A stretch of DNA of 64,000 bases from Candidatus Eiseniibacteriota bacterium (GCA_963783375.1 CAWANH010000028.1:992001-1056000), one strand, 5' to 3'. Shown: positions 19,985-31,877, counted from the first letter of the stretch. Notes: a model not told the origin generated them from the letters alone. Numbers and translations are program-made.

Positions 19985-20893
19985 TCAGCTCGCGGCCATC
20001 CCCCGCTCCGGCCGGGGGACGGACCGGATCGCGTCGAAGGAGTACAGGGCCAATCCGGCCCAGATGAAGGCGAAGCTCACCAGGTGGGCCCGGGTGAAGG
20101 CCTCGTCGTACACCGCCACCGCCAACAGGAACTGCCCGGTCGGCGCCAGGTACTGGAGGAGCCCCACCGTGGCGTAGCGAAGCCGCCGGGCAGCGTTGGC
20201 GAACCACAGGAGAGGGAGCGCGGTCACCGCGCCCGCGGCCACGAGGAGGAGGTCGGTGCCCCGGTCATGGTGCGCGAACACCAGGTGGCCGCTGGCCCCC
20301 AGATAGGCCAGGTAGGCCAGCGCGGCGGGGAGGAGCATCACGGTTTCGGCGGTGAGACCGGTCATGCCGTCGGCGGCCACGGTCTTCCGGAGGAGGCCGT
20401 AGAAGCCGAAGCTCCCGGCCAGAAGGAGCGCGATGGTGGGGGGCTCGCCGAGCCCGACGCTCAACCAGACCACCCCCACCAGCGCCAGGGCCACCGCCAC
20501 CACCTGGGGCCGGCGGAGCCGCTCGCGAAGGAAGACCGTCCCCAGGGCCACGTTCAGGAGCGGGTTCACGAAGTAGCCGAGGCTGGCCTGGAGCACGTGG
20601 CCGTGGTTTACCGCCCAGATGAACACGAACCAGTTCACCGCCACCAGGGACATGCTTCCCATGAGGGTGAGCCGGGTGCGGCGATTCCGGAGCGCGGCGC
20701 CGAGGTCCGCCCGGCGACCCAGGGCAAGCATCAGCACCACCAGGAGCGCGGCCGACCAGAGGACCCGATGGGCGAGGACCTCCAGGGCGGGAACGTGGCT
20801 CACCGCCTTGAAGTACACCGGCCCGAATCCCCACCAGAGATAGGCGGCCAGCCCGTAGGCCACCCCGGCCCGCTCCGGTCCGCGGGCGGTCAT
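19985..20893 (-). CDS. rarD: EamA-family transporter RarD
   Basis: AYLWWG, EVLAHRVLWS, NWFVFIWAV, ASLGYFVNPL, YGLLRK, GLLQYLAPT. Confidence 0.92.
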   Translation of the reverse strand: MTARGPERAGVAYGLAAYLWWGFGPVYFKAVSHVPALEVLAHRVLWSAALLVVLMLALGRRADLGAALRNRRTRLTLMGSMSLVAVNWFVFIWAVNHGHVLQASLGYFVNPLLNVALGTVFLRERLRRPQVVAVALALVGVVWLSVGLGEPPTIALLLAGSFGFYGLLRKTVAADGMTGLTAETVMLLPAALAYLAYLGASGHLVFAHHDRGTDLLLVAAGAVTALPLLWFANAARRLRYATVGLLQYLAPTGQFLLAVAVYDEAFTRAHLVSFAFIWAGLALYSFDAIRSVPRPERGMAAS

Positions 20894-21171
20894 CGGTCGG
20901 GCTCCTTCAGAGCGGCTCGTGGAAGGCGGGAGTCCATCGAAGCGGTTCTCTCCGGGAAGTCGGGGCTGGATGGGCGGCGCCGGCGCGATCGTGGGCGGAC
21001 GGCCGGTCCCGGTCTTCCGTGAGGGAGAGACCGGACGAAGCAGAGAGTTTACCCGGGTCGCGCGACCGGCGTCATCGGGCCCGTGGAGGCCGGTGACCGC
21101 CCGGTGGGCGGTTTGCTAGAGTGTTCGGGCGCCACGCCGGCGCGGGCACCGGGAACGACGAGGAGGATGTC

Positions 21172-22356
<1,185 letters not shown>

Positions 22357-22494
22357 GTCCGCCCGGCGAGGCCCCGGCGCGCGGCGGGCGGGGGCTTTCG
22401 CCCGGGGTGGCCCGGAGGGCTCGGCCCCGGCCCGGTCCGAGGGTTCTGTTAACCCATTGTAATTAAATGGCTTGAGTGGGCGCTGAGCCGGATC

Positions 22495-22520
22495 GAAACC
22501 CCCGCCCGGGGTCCTGCGTA
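22495..22520 (+). promoter_or_regulatory. ECF-sigma (SigW/SigE-type) promoter-like site
   Basis: GAAACC-N16-CGTA upstream of a small membrane protein; AT-rich tract at 22450-22473 further upstream. Confidence 0.4.
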
Positions 22521-22617
22521 TGATGGGGTGAGCCGGTTTCGGACCGGGTCCATCGCGCCCACGGCGAGTTTCGTGGCCCCTCGCGAACGGTCCGGGCTCG
22601 GGAAAGGGGAGAGAACG

Positions 22618-22875
22618 ATGCTCGAGCTGTTGTTTCTGATCTTCGCGATCTTCTTCGGAGTCTTCATCCTGAAGCTCGTCTTCGGGCTCCTGGGGATCGT
22701 CTTCCACATCGCGCTCATCCCGCTCAAGCTCGTGGCCGGACTCGTGCTTTTCGTCCTCTTCCTCCCGTTCCTGCTCCTCCTCCTCCCGGTGGTGGCGGTG
22801 GCGGCCATCGGCCTCGGGGTGTTCCTGATCGTGGCCTTCGTGGCCGCGGTGGCGGGGATCTTCTCCGCGCTCTAG
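22618..22875 (+). CDS. Small highly hydrophobic membrane protein
   Basis: GGGGAG RBS; 85 aa, almost entirely hydrophobic. Confidence 0.75.
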   Translation: MLELLFLIFAIFFGVFILKLVFGLLGIVFHIALIPLKLVAGLVLFVLFLPFLLLLLPVVAVAAIGLGVFLIVAFVAAVAGIFSAL

Positions 22876-22942
22876 GCCCGCGGCGGGGACCCGGGCGGTT
22901 GGGCCGCGCCTTGCGCACCGGCCAGCCGGCGCGCGACCGGCG

Positions 22943-24595
22943 TCATCCCAGCAGGGACGGCTCGTAGCCCTCCGGCGGCTTGAACCCCATGAGCTCCAGC
23001 AGGGTGGCCGCGATGTTGGCCAGGCCGGCCTCGGGGAGATCGTTCCGGAACGCCACGGGTTCGCCGTCGAAGCGCGTCACCCAGAACCCCACCGGGTTCA
23101 GGCTGTGGCTGGTGCGGTTCTCGGGATCGCCGTCGGGCCGAAGCTTGGGGGTCCCGGTCTTGTCCCGCTCCACCATGTCGTCGGCGTTTCCGTGGTCGGC
23201 GGTCACGATCAGCGTGCCCTCGAGCTTCCGCATCACCGGGACCAGCCGCGAGAGGCAAAGGTCCACCGACTCCACCGCGATCACCGTGGGCTCGAACTTT
23301 CCGGTGTGCCCCACCATGTCGCCGTTGGCGTAGTTGACGCGGAGGAACCGGTAGCGGCCGGAGTTGAGCGCCTGGATGGTCTGGTCGGTGACCTCGGCCG
23401 CCTTCATCCAGGGGCGCTGGTCGAAGGGCACCCCGTCCGAGGCGATCTCCCGGTAGGTCTCGAGCGCGTCGTCGAACTTTCCGCCGCGGTTCCCGTTCCA
23501 GAAATAGGTGACGTGGCCGAACTTCTGGGCTTCGGCCAGGGCGAACTGGGTCACCCCGGCCGAGGCCAGGTACTCGCTCACCGTGCGGTCGATGTGGGGG
23601 GGCGTGACCAGGTAGTGCCCGGGGATCCCGTACTCGCCGTCGTAGAGGGTCATCCCCGCAAAGTAGAGATCGGGAATCCGGCCCCGGTCGAACTCGTCGA
23701 ACTCCGGGCCGCCGTCGAAGGCCCGGCTCACCTCCAGGGCCCGGTCGCCCCGGAAGTTGAAGAAGACGACGGCGTCCCCGTCCTTCATCGGCCCCACCGG
23801 TTTCCCGTCCTCGGCCACCACGAACGACGGGAGGTACTGGTCGATGATCCCCGGCTCCTCCTCGCGGAAGGTTTCGACGGCCTCGCGGGCGCTCGCGAAC
23901 GCGCGGCCCTCGCCGTGGACCTGGGCCTTCCACCCGCGCTCCACCATCCCCCAGTCGTTCTCGTAGCGGTCCATGGTGGTGGTCATGCGGCCACCCCCCG
24001 AGGCGATCCGGTAGCGGCGGCCGTCCTTGCCGTCGATCGTCTTCAGCACCGCTTCCAGGCGGTCCACGTAGGTGAGGGCCGAGGTCTCGGGGACGTCCCG
24101 GCCGTCGAGGAGGACGTGAACGTAGACGGCGGGAAAACCCTCCTGGTCCGCCTCGCGGATGAGCGCGTGGAGGTGGCGCTCGTGGCTGTGCACGTTGCCG
24201 TCGGAGAGAAGGCCGATGAGATGGAGGGCGCCGTGACCGTCCGCGCAGCGCTTCTGGATTTCACCCCAGACCTCCCCCTGGAAGATGGAGCCGGCCTCGA
24301 TCGCCTCGTTCGCCCGAAGGGCGCCCTGCCCGAAGACCCGGCCCGCCCCGATCGCGTTGTGGCCGACCTCGGAGTTCCCCATGTCCTCGTCCGAGGGAAG
24401 CCCCACCGCGGTTCCGTGGGCGCGGAGGGTGCGGAAGGCGCCCCGCTCCCGCAGGCGGTCCAGGGTCGGGGTGCGGGCCGCGGCCACCGCGTCCCCGGCG
24501 TCGCCCCGCCCCACGCCGACCCCGTCCATGATCACGATGAGGAGAGGGCCCTTCACCGGGCGCACGCGTTCCGAGGGTTCGAGTTCGAGCTTCAA
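22943..24595 (-). CDS. gpmI: 2,3-bisphosphoglycerate-independent phosphoglycerate mutase
   Basis: TTG start after GGAGG; IMDGVG, MGNSEVGH, LSDGNVHSH, DGRD, NFRGDRA, GHVTYFWNG, DMVGHTG, TADHGN. Confidence 0.93.
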   Translation of the reverse strand: MKLELEPSERVRPVKGPLLIVIMDGVGVGRGDAGDAVAAARTPTLDRLRERGAFRTLRAHGTAVGLPSDEDMGNSEVGHNAIGAGRVFGQGALRANEAIEAGSIFQGEVWGEIQKRCADGHGALHLIGLLSDGNVHSHERHLHALIREADQEGFPAVYVHVLLDGRDVPETSALTYVDRLEAVLKTIDGKDGRRYRIASGGGRMTTTMDRYENDWGMVERGWKAQVHGEGRAFASAREAVETFREEEPGIIDQYLPSFVVAEDGKPVGPMKDGDAVVFFNFRGDRALEVSRAFDGGPEFDEFDRGRIPDLYFAGMTLYDGEYGIPGHYLVTPPHIDRTVSEYLASAGVTQFALAEAQKFGHVTYFWNGNRGGKFDDALETYREIASDGVPFDQRPWMKAAEVTDQTIQALNSGRYRFLRVNYANGDMVGHTGKFEPTVIAVESVDLCLSRLVPVMRKLEGTLIVTADHGNADDMVERDKTGTPKLRPDGDPENRTSHSLNPVGFWVTRFDGEPVAFRNDLPEAGLANIAATLLELMGFKPPEGYEPSLLG

Positions 24596-24704
24596 GCCGG
24601 CCTCCGTCCTGTGGTTGCGGAAATCTGGCCCGGGCAGGGCGCCCGAAGAGTGTAGCGCAGGGGGCGCGGGCGGGTCGCCGGCCCGCGGTCGCCGGCCGTG
24701 CCGG

Positions 24705-25498
24705 TCAGCGCGACCGCGATCGGCGCGCGGCGGCCAGGAAGTCGCAGAGCACGTCCTCGGAGTCCTTCCAGATCGGTCCCGGGGGGAGGGACTGCGGGTC
24801 GCCGCCGGCGAGCAGGAACCGTGTCTGGGCTCTCGCCGCCGCGACCCCGCCGGTGAGCGGGACCACCTCCCCCGCCGACGTGATGATGAGCGCCGCGGGG
24901 GGGAGGGCCACCGGGTGAGGGCCCGGAGTCGATCGACCACCTCGCGGGCCCGCTCGGGCTTGGTCGCTTCCTGGCGAATGAGAGCGGGATAGACGTTCCA
25001 CTCCTTCCCCCGGCCCTTCCTTCGGATGCGGATCTCCTCGTAGCCGGTGACCAGGGCCTCGTCCAGGAGATCGGAGGACTCGAGCACCGCCATGGCCGCG
25101 GCGGGACCCTTGGCCCGGAAGGCCGCCGCGCCGGCGACCAGGAGGCTGTCGATCTCGTCGTTGTAGATCGCGGCGGCATCGCGGAAGGTGGCGCCCTGCT
25201 TCATGAGCGACCGCACGCGGGGGATCTTCTGCAGGTCCGACGTGAGCTTGGGGTCGGGGGTGACGAGGTCGCCGCACCGCCGGAAGAGGCGAACCCCGTC
25301 GATGGTGAACTCCCCGTCGCCGTAGCGGCAGGCCAGCGACTCCGGCGGAGCTTCGACCCCGGCAACCCACGCCGCCTCGGCGGGGATCCGCACCGTCTCG
25401 ACCCAGGCGGTGTCGGCGGGGGCGCCGGCGCGAACCGGACCGGGGCCGACGGCGAGGACGCCCAGACCCAGGAGCGCCGCCTGCCGCCGCGATCTCAC
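24705..25498 (-). CDS. Secreted hypothetical protein, paralog of 25533..26237; frameshift in G7/C7 run at 24897-24903
   Basis: N-terminal part in the frame of ORF 22943..25498; C-terminal part (PAALIITSAG...LPPGPIWKD...RRSRSR) in ORF 24705..25370, matching the paralog end. Confidence 0.7.
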
Positions 25499-25532
25499 CG
25501 CACCGACTCCGCGGCGTGGGCCTGGAGGCCGG

Positions 25533-26237
25533 TCATCGGGATCGCGACCGGCGGCCCGCGGCCTCGAAGTCGCGGATCAGGTCCCGCGAGTCCCTCCAGA
25601 TCGGGCCCGGAGGGAGGGAATCCGGATCGGATCCCGAGAGGAGAAAGTTCACCTGGCGTTCGGCGGCTCCCGCGTCGCCGGTCAGGGGGATGACCGTCCC
25701 CGAGGAAGTGATGATCAGGGCCGCGGGCCCGCGCGACCACCGCGCGACGGTTTCGAGCGCGGCCCGGGTCCGCTCGGCCTTGGCGAGGTCCTCCTCCCCC
25801 ACCAGCTCGCCGTGATTGTGAAGGATGTTGTCCGCGCCGGTGTCGTAGGAGAGGCCGTCGGACCGGGTGACCCGGAAGTCCCCGTCCTCCGAGACGACGA
25901 CCGTATCCACGAGGGCCGAGGCCGCAAACACCCGGCGGGCGGTGTCCGCGCCGCCGGCGCGAAACGCCCGGGCCGCCGCCAGCTCGAGGGCGTCGATTCC
26001 CTCCTGGCCGGGGAGCGAAGGCTTCACGAACATCGGAATCCCGTTGATGAGGAATCCCCGGGAGGAGAACGCGCAGACCAGGGGATCGGAGGCGGTCGCG
26101 ATTCCGGCGACCCACGCCTTCTCCGCGGCGACTCGAACCGTGTCCGCCCAGGCGGTGTCGGGATCGGCGAGCACGGCAACCGGATCGCGGGGCCCGGGGA
26201 GGAACCCGAGGACGAAGAGGAAGGTCATGATGGCCAT
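25533..26237 (-). CDS. Secreted hypothetical protein (tandem paralog)
   Basis: GGAG RBS; DTAWADTVRVAAEKAWVAG...PAALIITSSG...LPPGPIWRD...RRSRSR. Confidence 0.7.
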   Translation of the reverse strand: MAIMTFLFVLGFLPGPRDPVAVLADPDTAWADTVRVAAEKAWVAGIATASDPLVCAFSSRGFLINGIPMFVKPSLPGQEGIDALELAAARAFRAGGADTARRVFAASALVDTVVVSEDGDFRVTRSDGLSYDTGADNILHNHGELVGEEDLAKAERTRAALETVARWSRGPAALIITSSGTVIPLTGDAGAAERQVNFLLSGSDPDSLPPGPIWRDSRDLIRDFEAAGRRSRSR

Positions 26238-26412
26238 GGTGATCTCCGGGTGTGGGGTCCGGACGGTCCAGGGGCCGACGGACGCCGGGATCCTTCGATC
26301 GGACGGCGCCGCCACGCCTTGGTGATCCGTGACCCCCATTCTAGACAGACGCGGGCCATTCCGGAACCGGGGTTGCGGGGGGCCTCGGAGGGGCGGACCC
26401 TTGCGTCCTGGG

Positions 26413-26506
26413 GGACCAATCTACCCACACGAATGGACCAATTTTCCCCTTGAATCCCCCAATGTGGACTCGTTAAGCTTCATGAGGACCCAGCCAATGG
26501 ACCAAT
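26413..26506 (+). promoter_or_regulatory. Direct-repeat operator (GGACCAAT x3) around a sigma70-like promoter, upstream of MocR regulator
   Basis: GGACCAAT at 26413, 26435 and 26499 (AATGGACCAAT twice); TTGAAT 26450 and TAAGCT 26474. Confidence 0.65.
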
Positions 26507-26510
26507 AAAT

Positions 26511-28064
26511 ATGCCAATTCTGAACGATCTGCAACTCGACAAGCGGGCCCCCGGGTCCCTGGTGGACCAGCTCCAGGAGGAGATCGTCCGCCGCGTTCGC
26601 GGGGGGGCGCTCCGCCCCGGCGACCGGCTCCCGCCCAGCCGCCAGCTCGCCGACGCCCTGGGGGTGAACCGGGGGACGGTGACCGCGGCCTACGAGGCGC
26701 TCCGCGAGCGCGGGATCCTGGACGGACAGGTGGGGCGCGGCACCTTCGTGGCCGGGAACCCCGCGCCGGCCGCCCCCGGCGTCACCTACCCCATGCCCCA
26801 CGATGAAGCCAGGGACGCCGGGCCCTCGCGCTTCCGCTGGCAGGACCACTTCGCCGGCTTCGAGCCGCCTCCCGAGGAGCATGCGCTCCGCGAGGCCGCG
26901 GCGGGCGCCGGCCGGGACGTGATCTCCTTCGCCGGAGGGGTGCCCGACCCGGGCCTCTTTCCCACCGACGCGTTCCGGAAGGCGTTGGACCGGGTGCTTC
27001 GCGAGGAGGGGAGCGCGCTTCTCGCCTACGGCGCGCCCGAGGGGCACCGTGGGTTCCTGGAGTTCCTGAAGAGATACCTGGCCGGACGCGGGGTGGCGAC
27101 TTCCGACGACGAGCTTCTGGTGGTGAACGGTTCCCAGCAGGCGGTGGATCTCCTCGCCCGGGCCTTTCTCCGGCCCGGAGACACGGTGGTGGTGGAGGAG
27201 CCGACCTACTACGGAGCGATCGAACTCTTCCAGGGTTACGGCGCGCGGCTGGTCGGGGTGCCGGTGGACGGCGAGGGGATCCGGGTGGACGCGGCCGAGG
27301 CGGTTCTCGCCCGCGAGCGGCCCAAGCTTCTCTACGTGATGCCGACCTTCCAGAACCCCACCGGCGGGTGCCTCTCCTCATCCCGTCGCGAGGCCCTGGT
27401 GCGCCTCTGCGCGCGGTTCGAGGTGCCGGTGGTGGAGGACGACTTCGACGGGGAACTCTATTTCGACGAACCCCCACCTCCCCCCTTGAAGAGCCTTCCG
27501 ATGAGCGACGGTGTGATCTACATCGGCACCCCCAGCAAGATGCTCTTTCCCGGGCTTCGGATCGGGTGGATCGCCGCGGCGTCGCCGGTGGTGAACCGCC
27601 TCGCCCGCATCCGCCGGCTGGCCGACCTCTCGGGTTCTCCGCTCCTGCAGGCTGCGCTGGCCGGGTTCGCGGACACCGGAGCTCTCGACCGGCATATGAA
27701 GGTGGTGCGGGAGGCCTACGGCCGGCGGGTGGAGCGCCTCACCGCCGCCCTGGCCCGCGCGATGCCCGAAGGGGTGACCTGGACCCGGCCCCGCGGGGGG
27801 CTCTCGCTCCTGGTCACCCTCCCGGAGGGTCTGGACAGCGGGTTGCTCCTCTCGGAGGCGGCCCGCGCCGGGGTGCTCTACTCCCCCGGCCGCATGTTCT
27901 TCGTGGGTGACGGCGCGCGTCACCTGCGACTGTCGTTCGGAAACGTGGCCACCGAGGACGTGGAGGAAGGCGCCCGGCGCCTGGCCGGCGTTCTCACCCA
28001 GGCCCTGGCTCGCGGAACCGGGCGCCCCCGCCGCATGGAGGGGATCGCGCTCCCGCCGGTATAA
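26511..28064 (+). CDS. MocR/GabR-family (GntR wHTH + aminotransferase-like) regulator, PdxR-like by context
   Basis: [57 protein letters not shown]; directly upstream of pdxS. Confidence 0.9.
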   Translation: MPILNDLQLDKRAPGSLVDQLQEEIVRRVRGGALRPGDRLPPSRQLADALGVNRGTVTAAYEALRERGILDGQVGRGTFVAGNPAPAAPGVTYPMPHDEARDAGPSRFRWQDHFAGFEPPPEEHALREAAAGAGRDVISFAGGVPDPGLFPTDAFRKALDRVLREEGSALLAYGAPEGHRGFLEFLKRYLAGRGVATSDDELLVVNGSQQAVDLLARAFLRPGDTVVVEEPTYYGAIELFQGYGARLVGVPVDGEGIRVDAAEAVLARERPKLLYVMPTFQNPTGGCLSSSRREALVRLCARFEVPVVEDDFDGELYFDEPPPPPLKSLPMSDGVIYIGTPSKMLFPGLRIGWIAAASPVVNRLARIRRLADLSGSPLLQAALAGFADTGALDRHMKVVREAYGRRVERLTAALARAMPEGVTWTRPRGGLSLLVTLPEGLDSGLLLSEAARAGVLYSPGRMFFVGDGARHLRLSFGNVATEDVEEGARRLAGVLTQALARGTGRPRRMEGIALPPV

Positions 28065-28114
28065 CGTTGGAGGAAGGCGCCGGTGACACGGCGCCCGAAG
28101 AAGGAGATCGAGCG

Positions 28115-28999
28115 ATGAGCACCGAATACACGCCCCGGCTCAAGACCGGGCTGGCCGAGATGCTGAAGGGCGGGGTGATCATGGACGTCACCAACGCCGA
28201 CCAGGCGAAGATCGCGGAGGACGGGGGCGCGGTCGCGGTCATGGCCCTGGAGCGCGTCCCCGCGGACATCCGCCGGGAGGGCGGGGTGGTCCGCATGTCC
28301 TCGGTGGAGAAGATCCGCGAGATCATGGACACGGTCTCGATCCCGGTCATGGCCAAGTGCCGGATCGGCCATTTCGCCGAGGCCCAGATGCTGGAGCAGA
28401 TGGGAGTGGATTACATCGACGAGAGCGAGGTCCTGACCCCGGCCGACGAGGCCTTCCACGTGGACAAGTTCAAGTTCAAGACCCCCTTCGTCTGCGGTTG
28501 CACCAACCTTTCCGAGGCGCTTCGTCGGATCGGCGAGGGGGCGGCGCTCATCCGCTCCAAGGGCGAGGCGGGAACCGGGGACGTGGTCCAGGCGGTCCGC
28601 CACCTCCGAAACGCCCTCGGCCACATCAAGCGGCTGAGCGTGATGCCCGAGGAAGAGCTGATGACCGAGGCCAAGACCATGGGCGCCCCCTACGAGCTGG
28701 TGCGGATGGTGGCCAAGGCCGGAAAGCTCCCGGTGCCGCTCTTCTGCGCCGGCGGGCTCGCCACCCCGGCCGACGCATCGCTGGTGATGCAGCTCGGCGC
28801 GGAGTCGGTCTTCGTGGGAAGCGGCATCTTCAAGTCCGGGAACCCGGCCAAGCGGGCGCGGGCCATCGTCGAGGCGGTCACCCACTTCCGCGACCCCGAG
28901 GTCCTGGTCCGGGTGAGCGAGGGACTGGGCGAGGCCATGGTGGGGATCAGCGCCTCCCAGCTCGACGAGAAGGAACTGCTGGAGACCCGCGGGTGGTGA
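28115..28999 (+). CDS. pdxS: Pyridoxal 5'-phosphate synthase lyase subunit
   Basis: [52 protein letters not shown]. Confidence 0.97.
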   Translation: MSTEYTPRLKTGLAEMLKGGVIMDVTNADQAKIAEDGGAVAVMALERVPADIRREGGVVRMSSVEKIREIMDTVSIPVMAKCRIGHFAEAQMLEQMGVDYIDESEVLTPADEAFHVDKFKFKTPFVCGCTNLSEALRRIGEGAALIRSKGEAGTGDVVQAVRHLRNALGHIKRLSVMPEEELMTEAKTMGAPYELVRMVAKAGKLPVPLFCAGGLATPADASLVMQLGAESVFVGSGIFKSGNPAKRARAIVEAVTHFRDPEVLVRVSEGLGEAMVGISASQLDEKELLETRGW

Positions 29000-29682
29000 C
29001 CGAGACCGCTCCCCACCGGCCGCGGGTCGGCGTTCTCGCGTTGCAAGGGGATTTCGCCCTCCACCGCCGGGCTCTCGAGGCGGTGGGGGCGGAGGTGGCG
29101 GAGGTCCGCGATCCCGAAGACCTCAAGGGCCTCGACGGCCTGGTGCTTCCCGGCGGCGAGACCACCACCATGCTCCGGCTCATGGACGGGACGGCCATGG
29201 AGGAGGCGATCCGGGGGTTCGTCCGCGACGGGGGCGCGGTGTTCGGCACCTGCGCCGGGCTGATCCTGTTGGCTCGGCGGGTCTCCCATCCCGATCAGCG
29301 CGCTCTGGGAATCCTGGACGCCGAGGTGGAGCGAAACGCCTACGGGCGCCAGATCGACTCCTTCGAGACCGACCTCCCCTGGACCGAGGGCACCGATCGC
29401 ATTCGCGGGGTGTTCATCCGGGCACCGAGGATCCGCGAGGTGGGCCCGGGGGTGCGCGTCCTGGCCGCGGTGGAGGGCGAGCCGGTGCTGGTCCGCGAAG
29501 GGCGCGTCCTCGCCGCCACCTTCCACCCCGAGCTCACCGACGACACCCGGGTGCACCGGTACTTCCTGGAGCAGGTGCTGAACGGCGGGGGGCGCTCACC
29601 GGAACCGGGGCGACCGGATGCCGAAGCATCGGGCGGCGTGACGCGGCCCGCGTGGGCGAAGTCCGGCGGAAACCCGGCGTGA
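28996..29682 (+). CDS. pdxT: Pyridoxal 5'-phosphate synthase glutaminase subunit
   Basis: [47 protein letters not shown]. Confidence 0.95.
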   Translation: MTETAPHRPRVGVLALQGDFALHRRALEAVGAEVAEVRDPEDLKGLDGLVLPGGETTTMLRLMDGTAMEEAIRGFVRDGGAVFGTCAGLILLARRVSHPDQRALGILDAEVERNAYGRQIDSFETDLPWTEGTDRIRGVFIRAPRIREVGPGVRVLAAVEGEPVLVREGRVLAATFHPELTDDTRVHRYFLEQVLNGGGRSPEPGRPDAEASGGVTRPAWAKSGGNPA

Positions 29683-30548
29683 CGCGGGGCCGCGCCTGGC
29701 TGGCGCCCGCGCTCGCGATCGCCCTGGCCGCCGCGGCGGCCGCCCGCCCCGAGGCCAAGGGGACGCCCCTGAGCGAGCCGCGCCCGGACGGGCCGGTGGC
29801 TCCCGCCGCCTACGGCTGGCTCCTGGATCACTTCGTGGTGACGGTCGATCTTCCCGGCGGCGGCCACGAGAGCCGTTTCGACTACGCCGATCTCCTGGCC
29901 GAGACCGATCAGGCCGCGGTCCGCGGTCACGTCCGCGAGCGCTTCCTGGCCGTGGACGAGGGAGCGCTCGAGCCCGCCGCCCGCACCGCGTGGGCGATCA
30001 ACGCCTACAACTTCTTCGTGATCGACACCGTGCTCGACCACTACCTGGACGCGGCCGGCGACACCTTGAAGTCGATCTCGGACATCGGGTCCAAGCCCTT
30101 CGCGGTCTTCGACGAGCCGCTCATCCCGGTGGCCGGGACCACCTACAGCCTGAACCGGTTCGAGACCCACTTCCTGTTCCACGACGTGGACCGGAAGAGC
30201 GGCCGGGCTCCGGCCGGACTCGACCCGCGGATCCACTTCGCCCTGGTCTGCGCGGCCCGGGGCTGTCCGCCGCTCGCCGCCGAGCCCTATCGCGCCGAGA
30301 CCCTGGACGAGCAGCTCGACGAGGCGGTCGAGAACGCTCTCCGGAGTCCGCGCCAGCTTCGCCTGGAGGGGGACACCCTCCACGTCTCCCGGATCTTCGA
30401 CTGGTACGCGGTCGACTTCGGGGGGGCGGAGGGGGTGCGCGCGTACCTCGCCCGCTACGCACCGGCGCCGGCTCGCGAGAAGCTCGCCGCCGGCGCGGCC
30501 ATTCTCCCCGACCTCGAGTGGGACTGGTCGCTCAACCGGCCCCGGTGA
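29679..30548 (+). CDS. DUF547-domain exported protein
   Basis: AWAINAYN, DPRIHFALVCAARGCPPL, SRIFDWYAVDFG, WDWSLN. Confidence 0.88.
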   Translation: MTRGRAWLAPALAIALAAAAAARPEAKGTPLSEPRPDGPVAPAAYGWLLDHFVVTVDLPGGGHESRFDYADLLAETDQAAVRGHVRERFLAVDEGALEPAARTAWAINAYNFFVIDTVLDHYLDAAGDTLKSISDIGSKPFAVFDEPLIPVAGTTYSLNRFETHFLFHDVDRKSGRAPAGLDPRIHFALVCAARGCPPLAAEPYRAETLDEQLDEAVENALRSPRQLRLEGDTLHVSRIFDWYAVDFGGAEGVRAYLARYAPAPAREKLAAGAAILPDLEWDWSLNRPR

Positions 30549-30573
30549 CCGCCTACCGGGAGGACTCTCGCCC

Positions 30574-31488
30574 ATGGATCCCCTGAAGTTCACCACCGTG
30601 GCCCACCGCGACCACCTCTACCTGAACCCCATCGGGGCGGAGACGATGGAGCGGGTGATGGCGCTCCTGGATCTCGCGCCGTCGGCGCGGGTGTTCGAGG
30701 CGGGGTGCGGGAAGGGGGAGCTCCTGGTGCGGCTGGTGGAGCGGTTCGGGTGCTCGGCGGTCGGAGTCGATGTGAACCCGGCGTTCCTCGACACGGCGCG
30801 GGAGAAGGCGCGATCGCGGGCGCCCCGGGCCGACCTCAGGTTCCTGGAGGCGAAGGCGCTGGAGTTCACCGCCGAGCCGCGGTCCTTCGACCTCGCCGTC
30901 GCCATCGGGGCGAGCCACGCCTACGGGGATTATGACCGGACGCTCACCGCGCTGGGCGGGCTGGTCCGCCCGGGAGGACGGGTGCTGATCGGCGAGGGAT
31001 ACTGGAAGCGGCCCCCCGATCCGGGCTACCTGACCGCTCTCGGGGCTTCGGCGGACGAACTCTGCGGCCACGAGGAGAACGTGACCCGGGCGGCGGCGAT
31101 GGGCTTCGTCCCGGTCTTCAGCACCGTGAGCGGCGACGCCGAGTGGGACGCCTACGAGGGGCTCTACCACCGGACGGTGGAGGACTACGTGGCCGCGCAT
31201 CCCGAGGACCCCGACGCGCCGGCCATGGCCGAGCGGATCCGCCGCTGGCGCGAGGCCTACCTCCGATGGGGGCGGGACACCCTGGGGTTCGGGCTCTACC
31301 TGTTCGAGACGGGCGGGTCCGGCCCAGGAACGGCGAGCCCCGGCCAGCGGCGGCGCGGACCAGTCCGACTTGTGGCCCGGGCCGGCTCGGCCCCCCGGGG
31401 CCTGTGGCCCGGGTCGGCGACCGGGTCTCGCGGCCCGGGCGGTCCGACTTGTGGCCCGGTCCGCCCCGCGCTAACGTCTGTCTGTTGA
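30574..31488 (+). CDS. Class I SAM-dependent methyltransferase (YjhP-like); C-terminal ~60 aa probably non-conserved
   Basis: FEAGCGKGE, VGVD, AIGASH, GEGYW, WDAYE, RDTLGFGLYLF. Confidence 0.85.
   Translation: MDPLKFTTVAHRDHLYLNPIGAETMERVMALLDLAPSARVFEAGCGKGELLVRLVERFGCSAVGVDVNPAFLDTAREKARSRAPRADLRFLEAKALEFTAEPRSFDLAVAIGASHAYGDYDRTLTALGGLVRPGGRVLIGEGYWKRPPDPGYLTALGASADELCGHEENVTRAAAMGFVPVFSTVSGDAEWDAYEGLYHRTVEDYVAAHPEDPDAPAMAERIRRWREAYLRWGRDTLGFGLYLFETGGSGPGTASPGQRRRGPVRLVARAGSAPRGLWPGSATGSRGPGGPTCGPVRPALTSVC
31363..31459 (+). repeat. Short direct repeats upstream of the ferritin gene
   Basis: GTCCGACTTGTGGCCCGG at 31363 and 31442; core TGTGGCCCGG also at 31403; variant CGCGGCCCGG at 31429. 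Confidence 0.6.
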
Positions 31489-31571
31489 GAACGCAAGATC
31501 AGACGAAGACCGAGTATCATTGAGCCCCCGGCGGGAAGCACGCGAGGGGGAAACGGAGAGGGGAGGACGTC

Positions 31572-31877
31572 ATGGGCGCTCACGAAGGACTTCACGAGGA
31601 TCCCAAGGACCTTTCGAACGAAACCAAGGATCTCCACCGCGCCATCGTCTCGCTCCAGGAGGAGCTGGAGGCGGTGGACTGGTACAACCAGCGGGTGGAT
31701 GCCTGCCACAACAAGGAGCTGAAGGCGATCCTCGCCCACAACCGGGACGAGGAGAAGGAGCACGCTTCGATGCTCCTGGAGTGGATCCGCCGGAACGACC
31801 CCCGCTTCGCCCACGAACTCCGTGATTATCTCTTCACCGAGAAGGACGTCGTGGAGAGCGAGGGGGGGAAGAAGTAG
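31572..31877 (+). CDS. Encapsulin-associated ferritin-like protein (EncFtn/Flp family)
   Basis: HRAIVSLQEELEAVDWYNQR...ILAHNRDEEKEHASMLLEWIRRND...YLFT. Confidence 0.93.
   Translation: MGAHEGLHEDPKDLSNETKDLHRAIVSLQEELEAVDWYNQRVDACHNKELKAILAHNRDEEKEHASMLLEWIRRNDPRFAHELRDYLFTEKDVVESEGGKK

Noticed and set aside
22943-25498. Apparent 851-aa fusion of a secreted protein to GpmI
   Set aside because: Artefact of the frameshift at 24897-24903. The upstream gene ends at 24705 like its paralog, and gpmI has its own RBS and TTG at 24595.
26390-26405. GGGGCGGACCCTTGCG as another sigma54 site
   Set aside because: Only GG and TTGC match, which is expected by chance at this GC content. A sigma70-like promoter explains the locus.
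31363-31459. Possible mini-CRISPR
   Set aside because: Only two full 18-bp copies, irregular spacing and no cas genes.
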